Part shown: positions 26,010-38,396 of the stretch, in pieces | Layout: each line of letters opens with the position of its first letter | Numbering within the stretch: the first letter of the stretch is position 1 | Origin: Octopus bimaculoides | Lineage: Eukaryota | Assembly: GCF_001194135.2 (NCBI RefSeq) | Contig: NC_068985.1 | Location: 65,685,815 to 65,728,610, forward strand | DNA: 42,796 bases | Reading direction: 5' to 3' | Position numbers and translations under genes: made by a program | Notes under the pieces: generated by a model | Seen by the model: the letters and a program-made list of their open reading frames with translations, nothing else | Told to the model about the DNA's origin: nothing | Databases searched by the model: none

Positions 26010-26360
26010 TGTTTCTGTCATTAAACTGCAGCCATGCTGGGATACCCCCTTGAAGAATGAATCAACCCTAATACTTACTTTTCTTTTAAAGACAAGTTCT
26101 TATTCCTATATGTCTCCTTAGCTGAACTGCTAAGTTATGATGATGCAAACCTGCCAACACCAGTTGTTAAGCAGTGGTGGGGAACTAACACAGATACATA
26201 TACATGTGCATGACAGGCTTCTTTCAGTTTCCATCTACCAAATCCACTCATAAGATTGGCCTGAGGCTACAGTAGAAGACACATTGCAAGGTGCCATGCA
26301 GTAGAACTGAACCTGAAACCTGGTTGAGAAGCAAACTTCTTACCACACAGCCATGCCTGT
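26010..26360 (-). mobile_element. tRNA-derived SINE, near full length
   Basis: Minus strand begins CAGGCATGGCTGTGTGGTAAGAAG..GGTTCAGTTC (Pol III A/B-box-like). Body GAGTGGATTTGGTAGATGGAAACTGAAAGAAGCC is shared with 27690-27935. Confidence 0.8.
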
Positions 26361-26389
26361 GCTTTGCTTTATTTATAGATTACAGAAAC

Positions 26390-27420
26390 AAAAGGGTCTC
26401 CTCCAGCACAGTGTTTTTACCACTAGTCAAGACCCTTTTTCATCACCTTGTGAGTGAGATTTAGTTTCTTGAGATCAATTTTCTCCACTTCATCTCATCT
26501 TTCTCACTTTCCTTCTGTTTGGACCATTTAGTGCTTTTATACAACTAATATCTTTATACATCACATATACATACCAATTTTTTTTCTCCTGTACACTTCA
26601 TCTGATTCCTCTTAATCCAGTTTTCTCTTCATCTCATTTGTGCTCTGTTGTTCATAAACAATAACATGTTATTTTCAGCAGAGCATGCTTCATTTCTTTC
26701 CAGCCTTCATAATTGTTTCTACCTTCAAGGTTACTGTCCTGCTATCATTGTAACATTGCACTTCTTACACAAGCTTACTCTTTGCTAAGTAATTCTCTTG
26801 TAGTTATATCCCTGCATCTCATTTAGGTTGTTTCTTGCTCCTAATCAGTTGTGCTGTAGGTTGTTTAGTATCTTTCGTGACCTGGTCCATCAGTTTGATG
26901 ACCCTCTATTTGCTTTTTCTTTATCATGCTTTAAACTATAAAGCCATCAGCTTAGATGGCTGATTCCTCTGTTGGAGTAGGCCCTCTATTTTTTTTATTC
27001 ACTATCTTCATTCAACATCTAACAGCAGCATTTTTTGACTAGTGACAAACTTCCTCTCAATGGTATTTTGATTCTCTTTGCTATATTGCTTTGGTAAATA
27101 GTGACGCTGTTGAATATACTTGACACTTAGTTTCTCTTTTAGTTAGTTGATTGTGTTCTTTGCTTCTAGAACTATCTCTGTGATATCATGTACTATTTCA
27201 TCATTATGTTAACTTCTTTCTGGCTGGAGGTTTACACTAGCCACAGATATAGTCTGTATCTTACAGCAGACTGTTTTGCAGGAATTCCTTATTTCATCTA
27301 TGAATGTCTTCATCTCCGTCCTGCTTTGAACTTCTCAGAATCACATGGTTAAGATTTTTCATTGCATGTATGCTGTCAGCTGGTATTCTGTATTACAGCT
27401 GCAATTTGACTAGTATCTTG
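26390..27420 (-). mobile_element. Heavily degenerate RTE LINE 3' portion
   Basis: Recognised by eye as RTE RT and C-terminal-like sequence. No long ORF. Confidence 0.5.
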
Positions 27421-27689
27421 TGAGTGAAATAGATAACAACTGAAGAAGTTTGTGTGTGTCAGTGTGTGTTTCACTCTTGATATGATCTTTGCCAAAGATA
27501 AAGTGCATCAATTGTTTTTCCTTTTAATATGTGATAGAATTCCTCAGTGGTTTTTCTGTCTCCCCTATTTCTTGTATACTCTACCTAAGGCCTACAGAAT
27601 TTTGTTATTGATTTACAGACATTACTGATTCATAATATGCATGTGTGTGTTATATATGTATATACATCTTTTATCTTTTGTTTCATTCA

Positions 27690-27935
27690 TTGAACTGTGG
27701 CCATGCTGGGATACTACCTTGAAGGGATTTTAGCCAAATGCTTATTTTTTTTAAAGCTGAGTACTTATTCTACTGGTCTCTTTTGCCAAACTTCTAAATT
27801 ACAGGGATATAAACAAACCAACACCAGTTGTCAAGTGGTCATGGAGGATAAACACAAAGTGACATATACACACACACACTCAGCAGGCTTCTTTCAGTGT
27901 CCATCTACTAAATCCACTAACATGACCTTGGTCAG
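27690..27935 (-). mobile_element. SINE fragment
   Basis: Colinear similarity with 26020-26255. Confidence 0.7.
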
Positions 27936-27989
27936 AGTGCAATAAATAAGCTTATGTTGGTCCTTGAAATCTTGACAACAACATTTGTC

Positions 27990-29340
27990 ATTGCATATGC
28001 TCCTCAACTGGGACTGACAAATGAACAAAAGGACTGATTTTATCTGTCAGATTACCTTGAAGACAATTGGCAGTAACCTGATTATTGTGGCTGTTGACTT
28101 CAATGGACATGTTGGACAGCAACCTGATAAATTTCATGGTGTATATGGAGGCTATGGCTTTTGTCTTAGAAATATGAAGGGAAGAAGGCCTTTGGAATTC
28201 TGTGATGCTAATGACTAACTTCATCACTCTGGTGGGCACACTAGTCAGATAGACTGCATTCTCACCAGAAAACAGGTTAGACAGATATTTGTAAATGCAA
28301 ACATGAAAGACAACTGGAAATTCTTGTGGAGCATCCTACTGAGGGCTACAGACCAAATTTGTGGCTGGTGCAAAGTTCCAGTTAGACCAAGTGTCATGTG
28401 GTAGTGGATCAGTGAAGTAGAGAGAGAGAGAGTCAGCCATCCAGCCATAAAAGCAAAGAGCCAGGATTGGAAGAAAAGGACTAACAGAGAATTATACCAG
28501 ATAGTTACAAGAGAAGCTAGTTGATGGGTATGTTTAGCAAGTGGAGAAGCTGAAATGAGGATGCATGAAGTGTTCTAGATTGTAAGGCAGTGTATTAGAG
28601 AAAATTGAGATAGTGTGAGTGAGAAGTTTGTGCAGTTGGATAATGGTACACTTAGTGAAGCTGAAAATAAAGAGGCACAGAAGTGCTACAACAGAAGGCT
28701 ATTATATGTGGAAAATGCATGGGAGAAAGGTCGTCCTCCCAATATAGGCTTAACAGCATTATGATAGATAAAGCAGTGAAAACCTTTGATCTATCAGGAA
28801 TTACTTCTGAGATACTTAAAATATCTGGTGGAATAAGGTACAAACAAGTTACCAATGTAGTTAGTAAGGTTATACAGGAAGGTACCAAACCCAGCAACTG
28901 GTGTTGCAGCATTATAGTGAATTGTTTCAGCGTAAAGAAGATGTTTTAGATAGATGTTTTGGAGCAATAAATGGTAAGAATACAAGGGAAATAGATTTTC
29001 TGGAATGCCTAGGAGGTTCCCTAGAAGTAGAAATGTAGAAATGTTTCTCTTGTTTAAGTTACCTAATTAGGAGTGTAGGAGGATATTTTAAAAGTATACA
29101 GTGTATTTGAAGTAAATTAGACATTGTTTTCAAGAATAGCTTGATGTATTGGCAAACAATCAATGATGTTGGAGAGCATAAAGGATAGTTGAGAAAAAGT
29201 TGATTGACATGGTGGACTGAAAGCCATCTGTATCTTGATGATTTGCATTGGATATCAAAATGCTTGACATCACAACTGGTGCTCAGTGCTCTGTGAACAC
29301 TGTAAAGGCTGTAAGATGTGACAGGAATATCACCAAGTTC
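27990..29340 (+). mobile_element. Degenerate, internally deleted RTE LINE
   Basis: AVDFNGHVGQ..GVYGGYGF..LEFCDAN (ORF 28021..28218) plus RT-start and C-terminal remnants. Confidence 0.8.
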
Positions 29341-29777
29341 CTCCAAACTGTGAGGGTGACATCATGTCTCATCACAACTTTGAACAGGATCTTAGGTTTA
29401 ATTCAAATGGCTGTGTGAAACTGTTGGAGACTTAGTCAGTCTCTGGTTGGAGAGGGTTTCTGCTGGAAAGCCATGTGTGGTAGTAAGATTTGACTCTTTG
29501 TCATACCTCTGAAAAGTGTGAGAAGCAGTTGTCAGAGAATTTCTCTGACTTCACCAGCCCCAATTTCTGGCCTCCTAATTCCCCTGACTGCGATCCCATG
29601 AATTACTATGTGTGGGGCATGGTTGAGAAAGACACCAACCACTCTACTTGCAAACACCAAGGCCAAATTAAGGAGGTGTTCAAAGATCTTCTCAATAACA
29701 CAGTAAGGAATGCATATGCTAGATTTCAGAGCCATCTTGAGATTGTGGTGAAAGCTGAAGGCAGCTACTTTGAGTAA
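29340..29777 (+). mobile_element. Tc1/mariner (DD37D/maT-like) transposase C-terminal fragment
   Basis: WPPNSPDCDPMNYYVWG..EAEG-like ending KAEGSYFE-stop (ORF 29490..29777). Upstream degenerate RFNSNG..GKPCVW..CHTS. Confidence 0.8.
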
Positions 29778-29835
29778 ACTGTTATCTTCCAGCCATAATC
29801 TAGTTGATATGTTTTGATTTTTTAAATTTGTTTAA

Positions 29836-30209
29836 CTGCTAGTCATCCTTAGGATTACAGCCATTTTGCAGCCTTCTTCATGTAATAATAATTTCAGTAT
29901 ATCATAAATTATGTTTACATATTTGCACTAATATGCATGCTACATATTATACAAAACTATTTTATATTCATAAATCAATGTAGATAAAGAAAGGTAGCTC
30001 ATTAGAACTGAATCACTGGTGTAACCATTGATGTTGTTGTGATCTGATGAGCTAACTTTATCTGCATTGATTTATGAATATAAAATAATATTGTATAATG
30101 TGTAGCATGCATATTAGTGCAGACATGTAAACATAATTTATGATATACTGAAATTATTATTACATGAAGAAGGCTGTGAAATGGCTGTAATCCTAAGGAT
30201 GACAAGTGG
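29836..30209. mobile_element. Foldback MITE with TTAA target duplication (piggyBac-like)
   Basis: TTAA at 29832-29835 and 30210-30213. Arms of ~165 bp (29836-30000 and 30049-30209) are near-perfect reverse complements. Confidence 0.9.
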
Positions 30210-30499
30210 TTAAATAAATATATTCACCTTTCATACCCCTGCCTTTATGGTTTTTATATATCAGGCTGAATAAAAAGTAAGCAACATTTTGAAACATGAA
30301 ATTCATCACAATATATTTCAACACTGCGGAAATTTTATTAATCAAAGTAAATACCATTGCAATCAACACATTTTTGCCAACAAGTTACAAGTTTGTTTAT
30401 TCTGGTAACATAAAAATCTGGAGTTCTGGAGCTGATGAACTCTTTGAATGCACTTTCAGCATCGGTTTGATTTAGATTAGATTCGATACAATACGTAAG

Positions 30500-31385
30500 A
30501 TTAGATTAGTCCTTCATCATGGGTTAGCAACCATTATCTCAGCCTATGCCCCTCAGCCGGGGCTACCCAATGGACAGAAAGACCGATTTTATGACACCCT
30601 CTTGCAGACTACCTCATCGTCGAATGACAGGGACCTTCTCTTTGTGGCTGGTGACTTCAATGGACATGTTGGACAACATTCAGGGGGCTTCCATGGCGTA
30701 CATGGAGGCTATGGTTTTGGTTCCCGCAATGAAGAGGGAACCAGGCTGCTGGAGTTCTGTGATGCAAATGATCTTATGGTTTGCAATACTAACTTCAGGA
30801 AACTTGCCAGTCACCTACCGTTCTGGCAGAGACACTAGCCAAATTGACTACATCCTCGCCAGAAAAAGGGAAGGAGAACTGCTTATAAATGCCAAAACCT
30901 TCCCAGGCGAAGAATGTACCCCACAACATAGACTAGTAGTTAGTGACTTCAGGATCAGGGCCAAGTGGTTGCCCAGAAGACGACCAGCATGGAGGAGAAG
31001 GGTCTGGAAGCTCAAAGATCCTGCGAATGGACAGAGATTTAGAGACTTATTACTCGAAGCCTTTGACGAAATAGAAGGGGATATAGCTTCACACGATGTA
31101 GAAGACAACCGGAGGTTTCTACAGGACAACCTGCTGAGGGCCACTGATCAGATCTGTGGATGGTGCAAAGTCCCCTCTCGACCCAAAATAACATGGTGGT
31201 GGAACAATGTTGTTGACAGGGCTATTAGACAAAAGAAACAGGCCTGGAAGGACTGGAAGCATGATGGTAGCAGGGAATCGTATCAGACTGCCAGAAGGGA
31301 AGCTAGGCATCTGGCAGTAGATAATCTGCTTATCGAAATTCCATCTGACCCATGAATGCATGGAAAAATGGACATTAAATGATGT
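30500..31385 (+). mobile_element. RTE LINE endonuclease fragment followed by an RTE-type 3' tail
   Basis: ISAYAPQ, AGDFNGHVG, NEEGTRLLEFC, SQIDYIL and RRRVWKLKD motifs (ORFs 30602..30838 and 30546..31355). Tail-like CCCATG..GCATGGAAAAATGGACATTAAATGATG at ~31355-31385. Confidence 0.9.
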
Positions 31386-31940
31386 GGCTGGAACCTGCAG
31401 AAGAACCAACAAGTGGTGAAAGCTGCCTTCATGAGCCCAAGCCTGATGGATGAAATGACACAAGACTGGGATTTCTGGCAATACGAGGTTCTCAAAAAGA
31501 CTTGCCCTCCTCAACAAAACTAAGTTTTGGGAGCACTATATTTTGGGTTCTCCACTTGTTACAGTGACTCCCTCCTCCCATGCATTATGTCTACCTCTTA
31601 CTCCTGCTGCTTACTGTCCCTCACTCTTCTGCCGCTCCCTGTCATCCCCAGCTCATAGCTTGCCTCATCCTCCCTTCAAACTTAATCATTTTGGCAGCCC
31701 TACTCCTCATTCATTTTCCATTGCTCACCCATTCCTACTTAGCTTGAGCCTTGTGGAGCTACCTGAGCATCTTGTTACTTACACACACACACACACACAC
31801 ACAACTGGGTTTGTTACCTGGTTTCCTTCTCAAGCCTTCCCTATCACCCATCATTTCTCTAGTGCTGATCCCTCTAACACCTGAATTGCAGTATTTCTGT
31901 TTCTGTAATTGAGGGCTGAACTGCAAACTTCCTCAGTGGA

Positions 31941-32035
31941 CAGTGATGACAACTAGATTAAGAATTCTTGATGTAAATATTATTTGTCAGTGATGACAAC
32001 TAGATTAAGAACTCTTGATGTAAATATTATTTGTC
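31941..32035. repeat. 47-bp tandem duplication (2 copies, 1 mismatch)
   Basis: CAGTGATGACAACTAGATTAAGAA(T/C)TCTTGATGTAAATATTATTTGT twice. Confidence 0.95.
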
Positions 32036-32228
32036 TTCATGGTTAATTTATAGTCTGCTCAAATATCTACATATGTGCAGTTTATAATGATTCTATATAA
32101 ATGAAGTAATGACTATTTCACATTGATGCCAATAAAATAATATCGACATTATATTATTTAGAATTGTGCTTAAATGTGTTTTATTTTAACATTAATTTTC
32201 CTTATGTAATCTTTTTTATTACTTCCAG

Positions 32229-32251
32229 CAGAAAACATGGACACTAATTAG
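32229..32251 (+). CDS. RUVBL2: RUVBL2 terminal coding exon: (A)ENMDTN-stop
   Basis: ttccag|CA GAA AAC ATG GAC ACT AAT TAG fits phase 1 and resembles the vertebrate C-terminus GETMDTS. AATAAA follows at 32377. Confidence 0.8.
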
Positions 32252-32376
32252 GTGTGAGGAAGAAGATAACAGAACACCTTGTATCAACACCTTAATGCAT
32301 TGCCAACTTGTTGTGAAGCTTTATTTAGTATCATTAAGAAATATTCTATCTTCAATCATTCAAACAATTTTAAGTA

Positions 32377-32382
32377 AATAAA
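32377..32382 (+). terminator. Candidate RUVBL2 polyadenylation signal AATAAA
   Basis: First canonical hexamer after the stop codon (about 125 nt downstream). Confidence 0.55.
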
Positions 32383-32518
32383 ATGAAATTTCAATTCAAT
32401 CTGTGTAATCTTTTTCTACATTGCTGGTATCAGCCTGTTAAATAAGATATTCTAAAAAAGACATAAGTATGATTGATTGAGTGAGAAATTAGCACCTCTT
32501 CCTTGTTGATTTCTTTAA

Positions 32519-33789
32519 CCCTTTCGTTACTATATTTCTGACCAAAATACACCCCTCATGAGTTTCAATTAAATTCTAAAATAATCATGAATTTAGACTA
32601 ATTTCATTAAACAACTGTAACTTTTTTACTTATCAACATATTAATGTGATGTTTGGAACATAATTAAAGAAAGGGTTCTTAATCAATTCTATTGCATAAC
32701 TTTTGTCTCAATGTGACTCTAATTACAGGTAATTCCAGGTAAACTGAGCAAAAGGTAAAAATATTAAAATTTTGTTTAAACATCACCATAGAAAATGAAT
32801 CATCATCTAATATTCAGTTGGGTGTGCAACAAAATTTTGATATAGAAGAATTATGCACATCACTAGATTATCAGTTGTATTTAATGCACAAAAGAACAGG
32901 TGTACCATAAAGGTGAAATAAACTGAAATACTGGAATCCACCTAAATCCACTGCAAGTTTGACCGAACTAAAAAAATCGGCCAAAAAATAATATATGGCC
33001 CTGGTTATGGTATGGAAGTGATAAATTACAGACCACATCGTACCCTAGGCCATGCTGATTAACATTATTTTCCCTATATAAAAATTAAATCCACAGCAGT
33101 ACCCAGTATTTGCTTCACAAATTTTCCAAACTTTGATCCCCCATTTCATGGGCTTTCCTGGCATATACTGTTTGTTTACAATCTGCGTAACAGTTTGTTT
33201 CTGCAGTGATTGCTTCAAACAAGCATACTGAAAAAAATAAAAGTCTAATGGTTTCGCTTCCTAAGAAAGATTATAGCTAGAAAAATTGTTAATAAAAACA
33301 TTTTTAAAGTTTTTACTTCATTCTGATGTAAAATCGTCTTTGCTGTTGCTATTACCGCTTTGTTTCATCAGAATCACTGCTTTCGTTTTCAGATAGAAAT
33401 ATCCTATTCATTCTTGTACACCACGTGCTTTTGTACCTCATTCATTCTTTTTCTCGATATCTCCATATTTTCCGCTGAAAAAACCTTCAAATTCAGAATC
33501 ACTGCTTGATAGCATGAAACTCCTATCCATTTTCAAAGTTGAAAAAAAATTGATGCCGGAAAATGTGGAAAAAATCTCCCAAAATTCACTGAGTTCAGAT
33601 ATAACGTCAAACAATGTCGGATGCTATAACTCAACTATTTACAAAGTGAAATTACGTATTTTCATGAATGTACTAACAAGATTTGTGCTTAAATTCACAT
33701 TTAAATAACAACGGGTACTCTTGGCTGGCTATGGCCGGGTTGGTCTTATGAACCAAAAAAACTTTTCGGCCTGGTTAGTATCGAAAGGG
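32519..33789 (-). mobile_element. Internally deleted piggyBac element
   Basis: TTAA|CCCTTTCGTTACTA ... TAGTATCGAAAGGG|TGAA. Minus-strand remnants LFEAITAETNCYA, KQYMPGKPMKWGIKVWKICEANTGY (33069-33173) and LGYDVV..FFSSVKLAVDL. Confidence 0.9.
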
Positions 33790-33904
33790 TGAATTAATCT
33801 ACAAAAAATTAACCTATTTTTTCCACTCGGTCATACATTTCACAGAGATTGTGGTAGGCAGTGATTACATGCTGGTTAGGAATCTTGGGCCTTGAGTTTA
33901 TTCC

Positions 33905-36900
33905 TTTGCATTACAGTGGGCAGGAACCGAATCGCTGGAGTTTTGGTGCTCAATTGAGCTGTATTTGTAAGTTGTTCCCTGAAGATTCTAGTTGTGCTGC
34001 TGAACTATCATGTGAACAACTGCCATTGATTTGGCAGCAGTTGGTTTTGCGTATAAATCAAATTGTGATTTCTATGTGGTAAAACATGAGATAGAATCTA
34101 ATTGTTACATCAGCTTCCTTTCAATTGAGTTGTAGAGAAACTAAGTGATGATAAAAGAATAGAAAATGTGCATGAACAATGAGAAAAGCATGAATGCAAA
34201 ATGTACATTTAATAAATAACAAAGAATTGTCCATGTTAAAAAGTTTACAGCAGAGTCCATGCCGGATGTAAGATTCCACAGTTTATGCTATTGAGAATGT
34301 GTCTTTTTACATTTTTTTTTAAAGGTTAACTAAAAATAATTAGTGTGCATATATTCTTTCGGCCAATGAACCCTCCTGCTGCTTCATGTAATTCTGTCTG
34401 AAGTAGGTGTCTTGACGTGTGTTGATAGTGGATGGTGTGTCACATGTATGTATAGGAGCTGTGAATGTGTTAAAAAAAAGGAGTAGGATGTTGTTGAGAG
34501 GATGACAAATTGATAAAAGCCTGCTTCAATTGATTGATGCTAATTAATGTTTCCATTGAATGTTCATCACCTTGAATTTGAGTTTCACTTTCAATACACA
34601 ATAGGGGCCAGTATACGATGTCTGCAACAGATGTTTAATTGCATCATTACATGTGTCCATATATGAATATCCAGTGGATCAAAAATCTTGATTGGTTGTT
34701 GTCTCATTACCAATGGAGGTAACTCCATCATGTATCTATGCTATCAATAAATATAATCTGCTAGATCAAAATGTTGATTGGCTGAAGCTGTAGCTAAAAT
34801 CATTTGACCAGGTAGAATAAGAAGGGAACCATAAAGTACTTCTGCCTGTGAATATCTTAAAATCTCCTTAGCACTGGACTGAAGACCTAATAAAACTTTC
34901 AACCAACAGTCTGAATTGGAATAAGCATGAAGAGCTGCTTTCAATTGATGATGAAAATGCTCTATTGTTCCATTAAATATGGGGTGATAAGCTGTTGTGC
35001 AGATGCACTGGGTGCCTAGGAAGCTAGAAAGGTTGGCAAATTGACTGAATTCAAACTGATGGCCTCTGTCAGTCATTATGGTCAAAAGAATTCCAAAATG
35101 TGGAATCCATGAGGTGAGAGATGATGTATTTAATTGGTACAGCTTCAGGCCATCTGGAAAAACTGTCTATACTCCAGGAACATGGCAAGAAAAAAAAAAA
35201 GAAAGGCGTTGCCAAACATTGTGAACAAATTGTTGCAAAACTTTGATATCTCTATCTGAAGCATCAACCATTAGAGCTAATAATGGTACTTCTGGAACTG
35301 GATGTGCCAACACAGTAACTCTTGATAATTTGCCCATAATATAATTGAAAGCTCTCAATACCACTGAATTTAATGATACAGCTTCATTGTTTTGTTTTGT
35401 TTTTTCAATTACATAGCAGTTTGGTGAGAGGAAAAATAGTTTCTGTACAATTCTGTGGAATGAATCTTAAATAGAAGTTAACAAGTCCGAGAAATTCTTG
35501 TAACTTCCTTAGTGAATATCACAAATAGCATCGACTTACTCCTTTACTAGATGAATTCTATCTTTATCAATAACTTGTCCCAAAAATGTGATGGAAGGAG
35601 CACCAAATAGACATTTAGTGGCAATAATTATTACACCATGCTGTGATAATCCAGTAAAAAGCTGTTCCAAATGAAGAAAATGTTGCTCTTCTGTGGGGGT
35701 AGTAATTAATAAGTCATCAATATAGGCAAAAACAAAATCCAGACCACGAAGTACTTCAGTAATAAGCCTTTGAAAGGTATTAGCAGTGTTACGAAGGCCA
35801 AAAAGCATTCTAATAAACTCATAGTCCAAAAGGAGTGGTTATTGCTGTCTTGGGAATGTCTGCTAGTTCAATAAGAATTTGGGTATAGGCATATATTAGA
35901 TTGATCTTTGATAAAAAAAAGTACACCTGTGTAAGGATGCTGAAAAATCATGAATATACCAGATAAGATATCTGGTACTGTCAAAGCATTTAAATGCCTA
36001 TAGCTGACAATCTTTTGAAACGATATAGTGAATAACCAAGTGCACTTGAATCTTATGGAATATTGTACAAATAATGCTTGGATGCTGCTGAAGAATCTTG
36101 TGAGGAGAAATACATGCGTGTGCATTTATACCAAAATGACTGTGGTACCAGCAGAAAGAAAAATAACCTCTCCAGGGACTGGAAGATTGCCTTTTATTTC
36201 TATGGCTACCAGACTTCACATGCAGACGATATCTTGGGAGCTCCTAATGTCAGAGTTTGTCTGTTGACTTATGAAATAAAGTTATATCTGAAGATATCAA
36301 AGATATAAACAAATAGGTTTCAGGATTGTTGGCACTTGAAATGTCCATGATACCATCAGCTAATTCTCTCAGTTTCTGTATGGAACTTTGTTTCCTTATA
36401 GTAGTTAAAATTGCTTGTACATTAGTTACAAGGCAGGAAAAGAAAAAGTTGTCATAACATATCATCTAGCAGATTATCTCCAACTAAACCTTGTATGCGT
36501 TGTAGCAATTATGAAAGTCACTGATCACCTAGGGTGTAACTGTATGTAATAGCTGATGAAACCTTTTTTTTGTTTAGACTTAGAAATACGTCTAAGGATC
36601 TCTAATTTCATAATTTGATAATGATGGTTGTTCCAAATTACTAGTGATTGAATCTTTCACTTCACCACTCAAGGCAAGTGGCAAAACATTGACTAGCAAA
36701 TGAAATTGCCTCGTGTCTGATGAAATTTTATAAGCAGCAAAATTTGATTCAAACTGGGATAACCAAATTGCTGGATGTCCTGTATAGGGAGGGGATGTAA
36801 ACAACAATGCTGTCTGCATGGTTTCAGAATCACTGAAGTAACCAGAGAAGATGCCCTGAAATCAACGGTAAGATATAAGATATTTAAACGTGAAAGAAAA

Positions 36901-37809
36901 ATGTTTTTCTGTTATTGAGCTAATTTAACAGTCATTTCAGGCAAACTGGAAATATAGCACATAGCAGGAAGTCATATGGTGGTAGGAATGTCAGTGATAC
37001 TTGAATGTAAAAAGTGTGCATGCTATTCTGCTAAAGACAATTTTTTGCCAATATATTATCTCCATGAGAATTTTCTGAATGAAAACTGAAGTAAGAAAAC
37101 TGGAAAAGGTGGACAAAAAAGTGCATTCAATGGAAACAGAAATTGTGGAAATTTTTTCTTGACTTTAAAAATAACTTGTTCACAGTTGCCAGGTGTAACT
37201 GTATGAGAAAGATGTGTGTTAAACTCTGTGATAAAGAAGGATTTACCACTTATTGTATGTGTGTAGCTAGTTCTGTGTTAGACATTGATGTTTGGAATCA
37301 CTATTGCAACTAGTGGGTTTCTTCATCATTGGTGGTCGCCAATTATAACAATTGAGAGAAGGCTTGTTTTATGTTTATGAATATAATTTATTGCTCCATT
37401 AATACAGAAGGGGTTCATGAATGTAAGAAAAGGAATATTCAGATGAAATAACATATATGACAAATGCAGAAAGTCTTTGTCAGAAATTCAACATTTGAGC
37501 TAATTTTTACACATCAATACATATTCTTGTTGCCGTGATGTGACTTCTTTAATCATTCCAGGTTGAATATGTAGCTGTGAAAACAGCTATGCATTACATA
37601 GAGAGTGAGCACCACCAGGAACCAAATCACTCTGGAATTTTGGTGCTCAATTGAGCTGCATTTGTAGGTTGTGTTCATGGAAAATTCTAGTCATGTCATT
37701 AAACTATCACATGAACAACAGCCCTTGATTGGACAACAGCTGGGTTGGCATACCTGATAAAATCATGATTTCTATGTGGTAAAATGTGGGGTACAATCTG
37801 CTTGTTACA
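33905..37809 (-). mobile_element. Old Gypsy LTR retrotransposon (gag-pro-RT-RH-INT), degenerate
   Basis: Gag PPYTGHPAIWLSQFESNF (36592..36819), knuckle FCWYHSHFG, RT FGLRNTANTFQR..FAYIDDLLI (35536..35829), RNase H LMVDASD, integrase TDRGHQFE..TTAYHP..IEHFHHQLKAAL (34744..35085). Diverged LTR homology between 33905-34109 and 37590-37809. PBS-like TGGCGACCAC at ~37332-37341; PPT-like purines at 34110-34124. Confidence 0.85.
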
Positions 37810-37888
37810 AATCTCTATAATTTTATCCGAACTACCTTTTATTGCACCAACATCAATTGTTGCATCCCTGAGAGTTTTACCTATTAGT

Positions 37889-38396
37889 TCAAGGATCTCC
37901 CGAGGTAGGAAGGTTTATGTTTGAAATCTGTTTTCTATTCCTGAAAGAGGATGTGTGATCACTTGATGGTTGAATGGTTCTCTTACATGACGATGTTTCT
38001 ACTGTGCCAGTCTGGTAAATGCAATTAGAGCTTATCATTGAGTTGGAGTTTACATAAGTTAGGCATTGTTTAACAAGTTGGATGCTCTTCCCATCATGTA
38101 ACACTGTACAGTATGAACTGGGTGCATTTTTTTGTGCCCCAACATGAGAGAGGTTGTCTTCAAAGACTTTCATATTCAGAATGTCTGTTCTCCTAGGCAG
38201 GTTTTCTTCACTACAGCTTACAGAATTTGAGTCTCTCCCTGCAAGTAGTTTAACTGAGGTTTCTGCCCTCCTTGATGAGTAATCCTTGTCAGGGCTTATG
38301 ATATTCATATTACCTCTGTGCAAGTAATTTATTCCAGGGTTAATTTTCTCCTGATAGGCTGCTGGTGGTGATTCTGTATTCCTTGTGAGACTCAAT
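37889..38396 (-). CDS. Candidate terminal coding exon of an unidentified gene (168 codons, Ser/Asn-rich)
   Basis: Long open frame with no ATG start, beginning right after tttcgtag| (phase 2). Stop at 37889; minus-strand AATAAA at 37838-37843. No recognisable domain. Confidence 0.4.

Noticed and set aside
30546-31355. 269-aa host gene (such sequences are often labelled craniofacial development protein 2-like)
   Set aside because: Frameshifted RTE endonuclease with several homologous fragments in this window.
37440-37540. Degenerate C2H2 zinc finger (DKCRKSLSEIQHLS), and a similar hint at ~3770-3850
   Set aside because: Cys/His spacing is incomplete, stops are present, and the first lies inside a putative LTR. 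Too weak to call.
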